From Terracidiphilus sp. (GTDB taxonomy: Bacteria; Acidobacteriota; Terriglobia; Terriglobales; Acidobacteriaceae), in the NCBI GenBank assembly GCA_049509995.1, contig JBEKZJ010000030.1, positions 12,088-76,087 on the forward strand: a stretch of DNA of 64,000 nt. The letters are read 5' to 3'. Below are positions 43,115 through 52,110 of the stretch, in pieces. A program made the translations under genes and the position numbers. How positions within the stretch are numbered: position 1 is the stretch's first letter; each line of letters starts with the position of its first letter. The notes beneath the pieces are model-generated. The model was not told the origin of the DNA, did not search any database, and saw only the letters and a program-made list of their open reading frames with translations.

Positions 43115-43473
43115 GAGGCTACTGCTTTGCCCCTGGCGCGGAGTTTCGATCGGCCGTCTCCGCGCCTGGCCTGGGAAGAGCGGAAGGCCCGGGCCTTGCG
43201 CAGCGCGGCTTTCAGCCCGCTTCGGCCATTTGTTGGACCGCCGGTTCCAGATGACTCCATGGTCTTTGTCGAGATAACATGAACGCTCGCAACCAATGCT
43301 GAGTGGCAATCGAGAGTTTATTCTGCACTCAGCAAGTTCCAGAGAGGACCCGGATGAGACTCTCTTTGATTTGCATTCATCTACTGGGCGTCAACTAGGA
43401 ACGCGGAGCGTCGGAAACGTCGCGGAGCATTCGCGGCATGCGCCATGGGTCGCGCACGAAACTGGGGGGTAAC

Positions 43474-44004
43474 ATGTTCACAAAGTCAGGACACCAACTT
43501 GTACGACGGGCGATCATAACAGTTGGCATACTTCTCTTTGGGCCGTTTGGCTCTGGCCAGAAGGATTACCAAACTTGGCGACGTCCTGAGGTCCAGGTGC
43601 CAATCTCTCTCGCGGTTGGTACTGTGCGGACCCCTCCATTTCACGTCAAGAAAGCGCGCTATGCCGTCATCATCCAGGTAGCAAAGCGGCTTCCTTTCGA
43701 TAATCTAAAGTGCATGATAGGCGCACCTGTGTGGCGAGGCGAGGTCACCCACTGCAGCGGGGACAGTCTTCTTCAGGCGGAGTGGACACTACTAAGCGAA
43801 GATAGGCACGTTGTAGCTCAAGGCTCCGCCCCCGGGGGGACAAGTTTTGTATTTCTAAGTGACTATTTGCTCAAATACATCGGCAACTTTAAGGGGGAGC
43901 CCGGCAAGACTTATACCCTCGAGGTCAAGTTTACGAAAGACGGTTCTCCACTCAACGTATGCGATCCTCAATTGATCGTCATGCGAGCCGGAGCGTTTGA
44001 CTAA
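43474..44004 (+). CDS. Hypothetical protein with N-terminal hydrophobic anchor/signal
   Basis: About 176 aa from ATG 43474 (MFTKSGHQLVRRAIITVGILLFGPFGSG). AT-richer than neighbouring genes. No motif recognised. Confidence 0.45.
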   Translation: MFTKSGHQLVRRAIITVGILLFGPFGSGQKDYQTWRRPEVQVPISLAVGTVRTPPFHVKKARYAVIIQVAKRLPFDNLKCMIGAPVWRGEVTHCSGDSLLQAEWTLLSEDRHVVAQGSAPGGTSFVFLSDYLLKYIGNFKGEPGKTYTLEVKFTKDGSPLNVCDPQLIVMRAGAFD

Positions 44005-44266
44005 ATCGATTAGACTCGGCCGCGGGAAGCATCATGACGGGCGGGTGACCCAGGTCTCGGGATGCTGTCCCTCGCCAAAATCCCATCCGCGTGGGAAATG
44101 CGCATGCGCCCGGAATGCAGCAGGCAATTTAAGGGTTGTCCCTCGACGGGCGGCCCACCCTTGACTTGTCACCTAGGAGGGTGAGCGCCGACTGACGATC
44201 CGGGAAGGCGCCCACCACTTAAGGTCTCAAATGTGCGCAGCGAGGCTCTGCCGTCGGAGGATGCGG

Positions 44267-44299
44267 CCGGCAGGCGGGCAACTCATGCCCGCCTGCCGG
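44267..44299. terminator. Perfect 14-bp hairpin between convergent genes (putative bidirectional terminator)
   Basis: CCGGCAGGCGGGCA-ACTCA-TGCCCGCCTGCCGG, followed by TTTG on the plus strand. Lies 12 nt from the TonB-receptor stop. Confidence 0.5.
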
Positions 44300-44311
44300 T
44301 TTGACGTTGCA

Positions 44312-47300
44312 TCAGAATGTAAACTTCGACCCGAACTGGAACTGACGCGGGGTGTTGGAGGTGCTGTAAATCTGGCCGAAATTCACATAGCCGGAGGATG
44401 GCGAGGATACATTCGGCGCTGAAAACTGCGCCTTGTTGGTGACGTTGTAGGAAGAGATCTCGAAACGCAGCTCTCTCTCTTTTCCGATCGTGAAGCTCTT
44501 GAACAGAGACAGGTCCAGCTCCTGGGCGCCCATGGTGCGGACGTTGTCGAGGAATTCCGGCGCTGTTCCTGGGACAAAAGGGCTGGCCGGGGTGGTGAAG
44601 CAGGTGGGAGTGAACCACTCCGTCGCCGTATGGGGCGCGCCCTTGCTGGGATTGCAGGCCATGTTGGTGCGCTGATTGAAGTAACCGAACGGCGCGCCCA
44701 CGACCGGCGCGGCGATGGGAACGCCATCGCTGAGATAGACAACTCCATTGGCTGTCCAGTTGCCCAGGATAGCATTGCTCACGCCGTTGAGATCCAGCGC
44801 GCGGCCCTTGCCCATGGGCAGATCGTAGGACACCTGCGAGGTGAATTGGAACTTCACTTCCTGAGGGCTTACCGAGTGCTCGAAGTTCATGTTCTTCCAG
44901 TCCTGTGGCGAACCATTGTGGAAGCCGACAAACCCCAGCGGAGGCTGGCTGTCGTCGGTGATCAGCTTGGCCCAGGTGAACGAGGTCAGGGTCGTGAAGT
45001 GCTGGGTCAGGCGTTTCTGCAGCTTGGTCTGCAGGGAGCTGTACTCAGAGTCGCCGCCTGGATAGCCATGGATGGCGACGCCGCTGCCGCAGCAAGCTCC
45101 GCCGCTGCCGAACTGCGGAAACTGCTGCAGCGACACCCACAGCGGCACGGTGGCCTGACCATAATAGAAGTTTGTCGATGGCTGAATGACCGCCCACTGA
45201 TTAGGCACCATGGTGTTGACCAGTGCTGTCTGGTATTTTGCGATGGCGCCTAGATCGAGCTGGTTCAGATCTTCTGAGCCCAGCGGCAGAAACAGGCCTC
45301 GGCTGCCCACATAGCCGGCGCTGAGCGTGAAGCCATGCGAGAAGTTGATCTCCCAGCCCAGGTTGAAGTTGTAGGTGGTCTGGGTGCGCTGGGAGTGGAA
45401 CATGGTGCTCAGCGGGGAGCCAAGGTCGGTGGCCAATCCCTGCGACGAGCCGATGATTTGTGTGACGCCCGCCGGGAACGGATTGCTGAGCGAGTAGGGG
45501 CCCGTGGGGCTGGGCGCGGGGCCCCCGGGCGAACCTGGATCCAGGCTGCTCCCGTAGAGTACCGAATTGCCCAGGTTGGTGCCGCCGTTGAATGGGTTTG
45601 TATTCCCATCCTTGTTCCAGCTGGTGGCATTCCAGTTGGTCGAAGACGAGAAGCCGTCGCTGTTCTCTCCGACGCCGCTGACCATTTGCGCGCTGGGGCC
45701 ATAGTAGAAGCCCGCGCCGCCGTGGACGACGAGGTTCTTGCCCGGCTGCCAGGCAAAGCCCAGGCGGGGACCGAAGTTGGTCAGGTTGGTGGTAAAGGGA
45801 GAGCGGTTGCCGCTGCTGGCGAAGACCTCGCCACCGGTATACGAGACGCCGTTGGTCGAGCCCTGCGCCGTTGGATCGAAGTACTCCAGGCGGTTGTGGC
45901 GCTCCGTCTTGCCGCCAAAGATATCCCAGCGAACTCCCGCGGTGATGGTCAGCGACGGGCTCAGATGGTAGGTGTCCTGAATGAAGGTGGCGTAGTAGGG
46001 GCTGGATTCGGCGACGAACAAATCCTTGGTGAAGTTGCCGCCTTCACTTCCCGGCGACGTTCCCATGCCCATCAGGAACGAGGCAAAGTCGCTGCCTCCC
46101 ACGGGCGAGGCTGCGCCGGTGGTCTGGTCGGTGGCGGAAAAGTCGAAGTAGTAGTTGCCGGAGGGTGAGCCCGGCTGGCCCACGTTCATGAAGCGCTTCA
46201 TGTACTCGAAGCCGGCGCCGATCTCGTGCTTGCCCTTCACCTTGGTGAGGCTGGCAATGGCGTCGCTGTTCTCGCTGGCGAACTGGAAGGTGTTATCGCA
46301 GCAGGTGCCGCCGATGGCCCCGCCCACGTCGTTGAAATTCATCAGGGGAAGGTTTTTGTAGACTTGCTGCGCGGCCAGCGAGGAGGGAAATCCCAGGGTG
46401 GTGATGTCGAACCCATTTTGCGCAGGGTCGCCTCCCTGGTTCTCATAGTGGCGCGTGAAGGAGTAGCGCAGTTGCAGGACCGTGGTCGGGTTCAGGGTCA
46501 GGTCGTCCCCGACGATCACATTGCGCGCATTGGTCACGTTCTGGGCGTAGTCCGGATCCCACATGTTGCCGAAGGCGTTGAAGGTCGCGTTCAGCGTCCG
46601 GGTAAAGGAGAAGCGGCCAAAGATACGCTGCATCTCGCTCTTGTAGTAGTCCATGCGAATGTCGAACTTATGCCCGGTGGTCGGGTCCAGGCCGGGAAGA
46701 TAGAGGTTATTGATGGCGCCGTACGGGGACGCGGCCGTGGCTGCTTCGCAGGTGCTGGGGCTGGGCTGGTTGCATTTGGGGAACATGGAGAGATATTTCA
46801 ACGCGGCGGGATTGGGGTTGGCGATCTTGTTGCCGGCCAGCGGCTGACGCGTTCCGGCCAGCGGCCCGGTGGCGACGTCGGGCTGGGTGGGGTCGTAGAT
46901 GGTGTAGTTGTCGGCCGAAAAATCGCCCGTCCGCTCCGCGGTGGTGGGAACAGAGAAGTAGTTTGATCCGTCAAACAGCTGCTGCTGCGTGGCTTCATAA
47001 TCGCCAAAGAAGAACAGTTTCTTGTGCAGGATGGGCCCGCTGATGGAACCGCCTTCCTGGTAACGATGAAAACTGGGCGGCGTGTTGGCGGCGCCGCTGG
47101 CCAACTGGCTTTGCTTGTTGAACCAATCGTTGGCCGCCAGAATGTCGGGCCGGAAGATGCCGAAGGCGTCGCCATGGAATGAGTCGCCGCCGGATTTGCT
47201 CACCAGGCTGATGACCCCCGCGCCGCCGCTCTGGTAGGAAACCGGGGTATTTTGCGTCTCGACACGATACTCGTCCACGCCATCCTCGGGAATCTCGGAC

Positions 47301-47992
47301 ATGGGCATGATGGCGGCGATATTGTTTTCGGCAATGCCCAGGGGGCTGCCGTCGAGCATGTAATAAACCGAGCCGACGACGGCGCCGTTGATGCTGTAGG
47401 ACGACACATCGATTCCCGGGCGCCCGCTCGAGATGTTGATGATGGCCTCGGAATTGGAGGAGTTGGGCGAGCCGTTGGCCGGGCTGACGCCGGCGCTCAG
47501 TTGCACCAGATCGTAGACGTTGCGCGAAAAGAGCGGAACGCGATCGATGGTTTCGGCGCCGATCAGCTGACCGACCGTCGAGTTGTTGGTGTCAATGATC
47601 TCCGCGCTGCTTGAAACGGTCACTACCTCGTTGATGCTTCCCACCTGCAGCGCGATGTTGAGGGCGGTGACCTGGTCGACGCTGACCGTGACGTTATCCT
47701 GGGCGACAGCCTCAAAGCCCTTCGAACTGGCCGTAACCCGATAGCTGCCCGGGTTGAGGGAGACGAAGGAATAGAATCCGGCCCCGGTGCTCACCGTCGA
47801 CTGGGAGACTCCGGTGGCGTGGTCGAGCGCGGTCACCCTGGCCCCTGGTACGACGGCGCCGGTGGGGTCGGTGACGGTGCCGTTGATGCCGCCGCGGCCG
47901 GCCTGGGCCCAGGCGGCTGTTCCGGCCGCCAGGAGAAGCATCCAGATACAGAGGAAAATGCGCAGGAACGAGGTAGTTGCTTTGGTGTTCAT
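44312..47992 (-). CDS. TonB-dependent outer-membrane receptor with N-terminal CarboxypepD_reg-like domain
   Basis: Signal peptide and the GGINGTVTDPTGAVVPGARV...SYRVTASSKGF domain. The roughly 1200-aa barrel ends in SKFTF. ATG 47992 is preferred over the ORF-track TTG at 48007. Confidence 0.85.
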   Translation of the reverse strand: MNTKATTSFLRIFLCIWMLLLAAGTAAWAQAGRGGINGTVTDPTGAVVPGARVTALDHATGVSQSTVSTGAGFYSFVSLNPGSYRVTASSKGFEAVAQDNVTVSVDQVTALNIALQVGSINEVVTVSSSAEIIDTNNSTVGQLIGAETIDRVPLFSRNVYDLVQLSAGVSPANGSPNSSNSEAIINISSGRPGIDVSSYSINGAVVGSVYYMLDGSPLGIAENNIAAIMPMSEIPEDGVDEYRVETQNTPVSYQSGGAGVISLVSKSGGDSFHGDAFGIFRPDILAANDWFNKQSQLASGAANTPPSFHRYQEGGSISGPILHKKLFFFGDYEATQQQLFDGSNYFSVPTTAERTGDFSADNYTIYDPTQPDVATGPLAGTRQPLAGNKIANPNPAALKYLSMFPKCNQPSPSTCEAATAASPYGAINNLYLPGLDPTTGHKFDIRMDYYKSEMQRIFGRFSFTRTLNATFNAFGNMWDPDYAQNVTNARNVIVGDDLTLNPTTVLQLRYSFTRHYENQGGDPAQNGFDITTLGFPSSLAAQQVYKNLPLMNFNDVGGAIGGTCCDNTFQFASENSDAIASLTKVKGKHEIGAGFEYMKRFMNVGQPGSPSGNYYFDFSATDQTTGAASPVGGSDFASFLMGMGTSPGSEGGNFTKDLFVAESSPYYATFIQDTYHLSPSLTITAGVRWDIFGGKTERHNRLEYFDPTAQGSTNGVSYTGGEVFASSGNRSPFTTNLTNFGPRLGFAWQPGKNLVVHGGAGFYYGPSAQMVSGVGENSDGFSSSTNWNATSWNKDGNTNPFNGGTNLGNSVLYGSSLDPGSPGGPAPSPTGPYSLSNPFPAGVTQIIGSSQGLATDLGSPLSTMFHSQRTQTTYNFNLGWEINFSHGFTLSAGYVGSRGLFLPLGSEDLNQLDLGAIAKYQTALVNTMVPNQWAVIQPSTNFYYGQATVPLWVSLQQFPQFGSGGACCGSGVAIHGYPGGDSEYSSLQTKLQKRLTQHFTTLTSFTWAKLITDDSQPPLGFVGFHNGSPQDWKNMNFEHSVSPQEVKFQFTSQVSYDLPMGKGRALDLNGVSNAILGNWTANGVVYLSDGVPIAAPVVGAPFGYFNQRTNMACNPSKGAPHTATEWFTPTCFTTPASPFVPGTAPEFLDNVRTMGAQELDLSLFKSFTIGKERELRFEISSYNVTNKAQFSAPNVSSPSSGYVNFGQIYSTSNTPRQFQFGSKFTF

Positions 47993-48020
47993 TTTGGCCA
48001 TCTCCAATCAAATTGTTGAC

Positions 48021-48036
48021 ATTCAAACGATTGAAT
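48021..48036. promoter_or_regulatory. LacI-family operator candidate, site 1 (5' leader of the TonB receptor gene)
   Basis: ATTCAAACGATTGAAT is a near-perfect palindrome around a central CG. A 15-nt core identical to it occurs at 49455-49469. Confidence 0.45.
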
Positions 48037-48047
48037 AGTAAAAAGCA

Positions 48048-48076
48048 AATTTAGGAGCAAATTTTTCGGGTGTCAA
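48048..48076 (-). promoter_or_regulatory. Sigma70-type promoter for the TonB receptor gene
   Basis: On the minus strand: TTGACA (48076-48071), a 17-nt spacer, then TAAATT (48053-48048). The operator lies just downstream. Confidence 0.4.
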
Positions 48077-48312
48077 GGGAAAAATCGGAAGGCTTAGTTT
48101 TTGTGTAGTTTGTCGCTTCTCAGTATTGGACATCGCGGCGGCCATGGGCCTCTGGAACACCCTGGTTGTGGGGGATGGGCGGTTTTGCCTCTCGGCGCCC
48201 TGCCGGACGCGCCAGCCACCACGGGAAGTTGCGGGCAGGGCAGCTGTGGCAGAATAGCGCAAAGCCACCGTGCCCTGGAGACAAAAGGCAGCAACGCGCG
48301 GGAGGAAGAGAG

Positions 48313-49422
48313 TTGGCACAACGCAGATCCGGTCATGTGACCTTGCTGGATGTTGCCCGCGCCTGCGGGTTCTCGGTGTCCACGGTATCGATAGTGCTCA
48401 GCGAGGCGCCTCTTTCACAGAATGTCGCGGAGAAGACACGGCAGCAGATCCGGGCCATGGCCCAGCAGCTTGGGTACCATCCCGACGCGTTTGCACGGTC
48501 CTTGCGGCGGCGGCGCAGCCAGACCATCGGAGTGCTGGCCTACGATCTTTCCGATCCTTACTGCATCCCCATCGTGCGGGGGATCCAGGCGGGTTTGCAG
48601 CCGGCCAGCTACCTGCCGCTGCTGATGGACGCACAGACCGAGCGGGGACGGTTCGACAGCTATCTGGAGATGATTCTGGAGCGGCGCGCGGAAGGTGTGA
48701 TCGTGATCGCCAGCTGGGTGTTCGATGAAACCAACCTGCTGAGCGACGTCGAGAAGAACAACGTTCCCATTGTGATCGTAAGCCGCGATCTAACCGAACG
48801 CGGGGTGAGCTCGGTGCTGGTGGACAACGAAGCGGGAGGCGCAATGGCCATGCGCCACCTGCATGAACTCGGACATCGCAGGATCGCGGTGATCCGTGGA
48901 CCGGAAGAGCTGTTTGACAGTGCGCCCCGCTGGGCCGGGGTGCAGGGTGCGGCGGCGGCAGCCGGCATCCAACTGGATCCGCGCCTGGTGTTCCAACTGC
49001 CAAGCCTGGCGGACCCTGCCTCAGGCTTTGAGGGCGGACTGGATTGCGCGCGGCGGATGCTGGCGTCGGGCCGCGCATTCACCGCCGTGCTTGCGTTCGA
49101 CGATTTGACGGCGCTGGGCGTGGTGCGAGGCCTGATGGGCGCCGGGTTGCGGGTGCCTGAGGATTGCTCAGTGCTGGGCTTTGACGACGTGCTGCCGGCG
49201 GCAGTGGCGACGCCGGGGATTACCACCATCCGCCAGCCGCTGCGGGAGATGGGACTGCTGGCGGCGGAATGGGTGGTAGAGGCGATCGAGGCGCGCGAGC
49301 ATAGACGAGAGCAGACAGCGCGTTTACATCGGGCGCCGCCGGAACTGGTGGTGCGGATGTCCTCAGCCGGCCCGGCAGGAAGGACGAAGCGAGTTGGAGG
49401 GCGGCGTGACGAGGGGACTTGA
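48313..49422 (+). CDS. LacI-family transcriptional regulator
   Basis: HTH VTLLDVARACGFSVSTVSIVLS plus a periplasmic-binding-protein-like core. TTG 48313 lies 7 nt after SD GGAGG. The ORF-track start at 48166 is probably too long. Confidence 0.85.
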   Translation: MAQRRSGHVTLLDVARACGFSVSTVSIVLSEAPLSQNVAEKTRQQIRAMAQQLGYHPDAFARSLRRRRSQTIGVLAYDLSDPYCIPIVRGIQAGLQPASYLPLLMDAQTERGRFDSYLEMILERRAEGVIVIASWVFDETNLLSDVEKNNVPIVIVSRDLTERGVSSVLVDNEAGGAMAMRHLHELGHRRIAVIRGPEELFDSAPRWAGVQGAAAAAGIQLDPRLVFQLPSLADPASGFEGGLDCARRMLASGRAFTAVLAFDDLTALGVVRGLMGAGLRVPEDCSVLGFDDVLPAAVATPGITTIRQPLREMGLLAAEWVVEAIEAREHRREQTARLHRAPPELVVRMSSAGPAGRTKRVGGRRDEGT

Positions 49423-49447
49423 CAGGACGTTCAAATTGGGAGATATT
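49419..49447 (+). promoter_or_regulatory. Sigma70-type promoter for the GH2-permease operon
   Basis: TTGACA (49419-49424), a 17-nt spacer, then GATATT (49442-49447). It overlaps the lacI-family stop codon. Confidence 0.4.
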
Positions 49448-49453
49448 CCCAAT

Positions 49454-49469
49454 GTTCAAACGATTGAAT
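49454..49469. promoter_or_regulatory. LacI-family operator candidate, site 2
   Basis: GTTCAAACGATTGAAT lies immediately downstream of the -10 box. Confidence 0.45.
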
Positions 49470-49585
49470 CTGGATTCCTCCGCGGAGATTCCATCCATTG
49501 TCAGAGTGATGCACAAACCCGGGTAGACAATCCCAGCCTGGTTCGAACAAGAGGTACAGGTGCTTATGAATAAAAGGATGCTGAT

Positions 49586-52102
49586 TTGCTTTCCGCTTTT
49601 TTTGGCGCTGCCGCCGATTCTTCCGGCGGGAATCGTAACGCCTTTGCGCGAAGGGTGGCAGTTACAATCGGCCTGCAAGCTGCAGGCCACGGGCGACTGC
49701 GCCAGATTTTGGGCACGACTTATCCGATCGGCCACATTTTTGCGAACATGCCGATGGCGCAGGACAGCCCATACCGGTGCGGCTGGTGGTATCGCACGGA
49801 GTTTACGGCGCCGGCTGCAGCGCATGAAGGCGAGCGCCAGTGGGTGCACTTTGGGGGCATCAACTACCGGGGCGACGTGTGGCTGAACGGGCACAAGATC
49901 GCGGATACAACGAAGGTTGCGGGCGCCTATCGCACGTATGACTTCGATGTTACTGAGTTTCTGAAGCCCGGTAAGTCGAATGTGCTGGCGGTGGAGACCT
50001 TTGCGCCCACGGAAAAGGATCTGGGCATCAATTGGGTGGATTGGAATCCCTGTCCGCCGGATAAGGATATGGGTTTGTGGGGCGCCGTCGATCTGGTCAC
50101 CACTGGCGCGGTGACTTTGCGTTCGCCGCTGGCGGTGACGCACTTCCATGACAGCACGCTCAGTTCCGCGGAGCTGACGGTTTACGCCGAGTTGCACAAC
50201 GGCAGCGATCGCGCGGTAAAGGGCGTGGTTGAGGGTACAGCGGCCGGAGTGAAGTTTGAGCAGCCGGTGGAGCTGGCGGCGCATGAGGACCGGAGCGTTG
50301 CATTCACGCCGGAGCAGTTTCCGCAACTGCGCATTCGCGATCCCAAGCCGTGGTGGCCGCACCAGATGGGGGAGCCGCATCTGGAGCGCCTGACGATGAG
50401 CTTTCGAGCGCCAGGCCAACTGGCGGATGAGCAGAGCGTGGAGTTCGGAATTCGCGAGATTACCTCTGAGCTTACGGTGAACGGAAGCCGGCTGTTTCGG
50501 GTGAATGGGAAGCCGATCTTGATTCGCGGCGGTGGGTGGTCGCAGGATATGCTGTTGCGGACCGATGAGGGCCGGTTGCGCGACCAGTTCCGGCTGGTGC
50601 GGGATATGAATCTGAACACCATTCGCCTGGAGGGCAAGCTGGACACGGATGAGTTCTTTCATCTTGCCGATGAGCAGGGCGTCCTGGTGATGGCGGGCTG
50701 GTGCTGTTGCGATCACTGGGAGCACTGGAAGGACTGGACCGCGGAGGACCTGACGATTGCCACTGCGTCGTTGCGGGCGCAGATGCTGCGGTTGCGGCAC
50801 CATGCAAGTCTGCTGGTATGGCTGAACGGCAGCGACAACGCTCCGCCGGCAGACGTGGAGCGCGCCTATCTGAATGTGGAAGCGGAGACGCATTGGCCGA
50901 ACCCGGTGCTTTCGGCGGCGTCGGCGCAGGTGACTGCGGGCGGAGGCGAAAACGGGGTGAAGATGACGGGGCCGTACGATTACGTTGCGCCCAGTTACTG
51001 GTATCTGGACAAGCAAAACGGCGGGGCGTACGGATTCAACACGGAGACCAGCCCTGGACCGGCGATACCTTCGCTTGCGAGCCGGGAAAAGTTTTTGCCC
51101 GATGCGCAGGCGTGGCCTCCGACGGCGACGTGGAGTTATCACTTTGGCGGCGGGGAATTCACCAATCTGAAAGTCATGGATGCGGCGATGGCAGCCGTCT
51201 ACGCGAAGCCGCAATCCGCGGCCGACTATGAGCGGGTGGCGGGGACAATGGAGTACGACTCCGAGCGCGCCATGTTCGAAGCTTACAGCAGAAACAAGTA
51301 CGCGTCGACAGGGGTGATTCAATGGATGCTGAACAACGCGTGGCCCTCGATGATCTGGCACCTGTATGACTATTACCTCGATGCAGGGGCGGGATATTTC
51401 GGGACCAAGAAGGCATGCGAGCCTGTGCACATCCAGTATTCCTACGACGATCGTTCGATTGTGGTGGTGAACAGCACGTATCAGTCCATTGCCGGACTTC
51501 ATGCAAGCGTGCAGGTTCACAACGTGGCGTGGAAGGAACTGTACAGCGCAGAGGCGCCGGTGGATGCGGGAGTGGACAGTTCGCAAATTGTGTTCACGGT
51601 TCCGGAGAGCCTCTACTCCGGCGCGGAAAGGATCTTCTTCATCGACTTGACTCTGACGGATGGCGCGGGCAAGGTTTTTAGCCGCAACTTCTACTGGGTG
51701 CCTGGAACGCTGACCACCTTCGATTGGCCGAGGACCGACTATACACACACGCCGGCCGCGCGCCATGAAGACCTGACCGCGCTCGCGAACCTGCCGCCAG
51801 CCAAACTGGTTGCGCATGCGGAGTTGGAGAAGACTGCGCGAGGACGGGAGTTACGCGTTGAGCTCGAGAACCCGTCCATGGCGCTTGCTTTTCAGGTCAG
51901 CGCCGCGGTGCGCACACAGTCCGGCGGACTGATTGCTCCGGTAATCTGGTCGGACAACTGGATTGAGCTTGTTCCGGGAGAGAAACGCGTGCTGACCGCG
52001 CTGTTGCCGGAAAGCGGCGCTGGCGCGCCCGTCGTGCAGATCGAAGGCTGGAACATCGCCCCGGAAACCATCACACCCAATGCTGCCATTGCGGCACACT
52101 GA
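49586..52102 (+). CDS. Glycoside hydrolase family 2 enzyme (exo-beta-glucosaminidase/mannosidase-like); N-terminus possibly frame-disrupted
   Basis: WWYRTEF, the jelly-roll/Ig/TIM-barrel order, and WLNGSDN in place of the usual GNE acid/base region. The signal peptide and first conserved strand (GWQLQS) lie in a different frame (49566 onward). Confidence 0.75.
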   Translation: MLSAFFGAAADSSGGNRNAFARRVAVTIGLQAAGHGRLRQILGTTYPIGHIFANMPMAQDSPYRCGWWYRTEFTAPAAAHEGERQWVHFGGINYRGDVWLNGHKIADTTKVAGAYRTYDFDVTEFLKPGKSNVLAVETFAPTEKDLGINWVDWNPCPPDKDMGLWGAVDLVTTGAVTLRSPLAVTHFHDSTLSSAELTVYAELHNGSDRAVKGVVEGTAAGVKFEQPVELAAHEDRSVAFTPEQFPQLRIRDPKPWWPHQMGEPHLERLTMSFRAPGQLADEQSVEFGIREITSELTVNGSRLFRVNGKPILIRGGGWSQDMLLRTDEGRLRDQFRLVRDMNLNTIRLEGKLDTDEFFHLADEQGVLVMAGWCCCDHWEHWKDWTAEDLTIATASLRAQMLRLRHHASLLVWLNGSDNAPPADVERAYLNVEAETHWPNPVLSAASAQVTAGGGENGVKMTGPYDYVAPSYWYLDKQNGGAYGFNTETSPGPAIPSLASREKFLPDAQAWPPTATWSYHFGGGEFTNLKVMDAAMAAVYAKPQSAADYERVAGTMEYDSERAMFEAYSRNKYASTGVIQWMLNNAWPSMIWHLYDYYLDAGAGYFGTKKACEPVHIQYSYDDRSIVVVNSTYQSIAGLHASVQVHNVAWKELYSAEAPVDAGVDSSQIVFTVPESLYSGAERIFFIDLTLTDGAGKVFSRNFYWVPGTLTTFDWPRTDYTHTPAARHEDLTALANLPPAKLVAHAELEKTARGRELRVELENPSMALAFQVSAAVRTQSGGLIAPVIWSDNWIELVPGEKRVLTALLPESGAGAPVVQIEGWNIAPETITPNAAIAAH

Positions 52103-52110
52103 GGATACGC

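Noticed and set aside
43135-43166. Hairpin GGCGCGGAG-N14-CTCCGCGCC after the HoxU-like gene, considered as a terminator
   Set aside because: The stem is only 9 bp with a 14-nt loop and no T-run, so it is too weak to list as a feature. It is mentioned only as context.
49536-49552. GGTTCGAAC-like string checked as a tRNA T-arm; the whole window was also scanned by eye for tRNA, rRNA and tmRNA hallmarks
   Set aside because: There is no flanking acceptor or anticodon stem complementarity. The only other GTTCGAATC string (about 8168) lies inside recN coding sequence. No RNA gene could be supported.
49220-51817. 865-aa minus-strand ORF
   Set aside because: It is antisense to the GH2 gene. The composition is Arg/His/Pro-rich with no motifs, so it is a shadow ORF.
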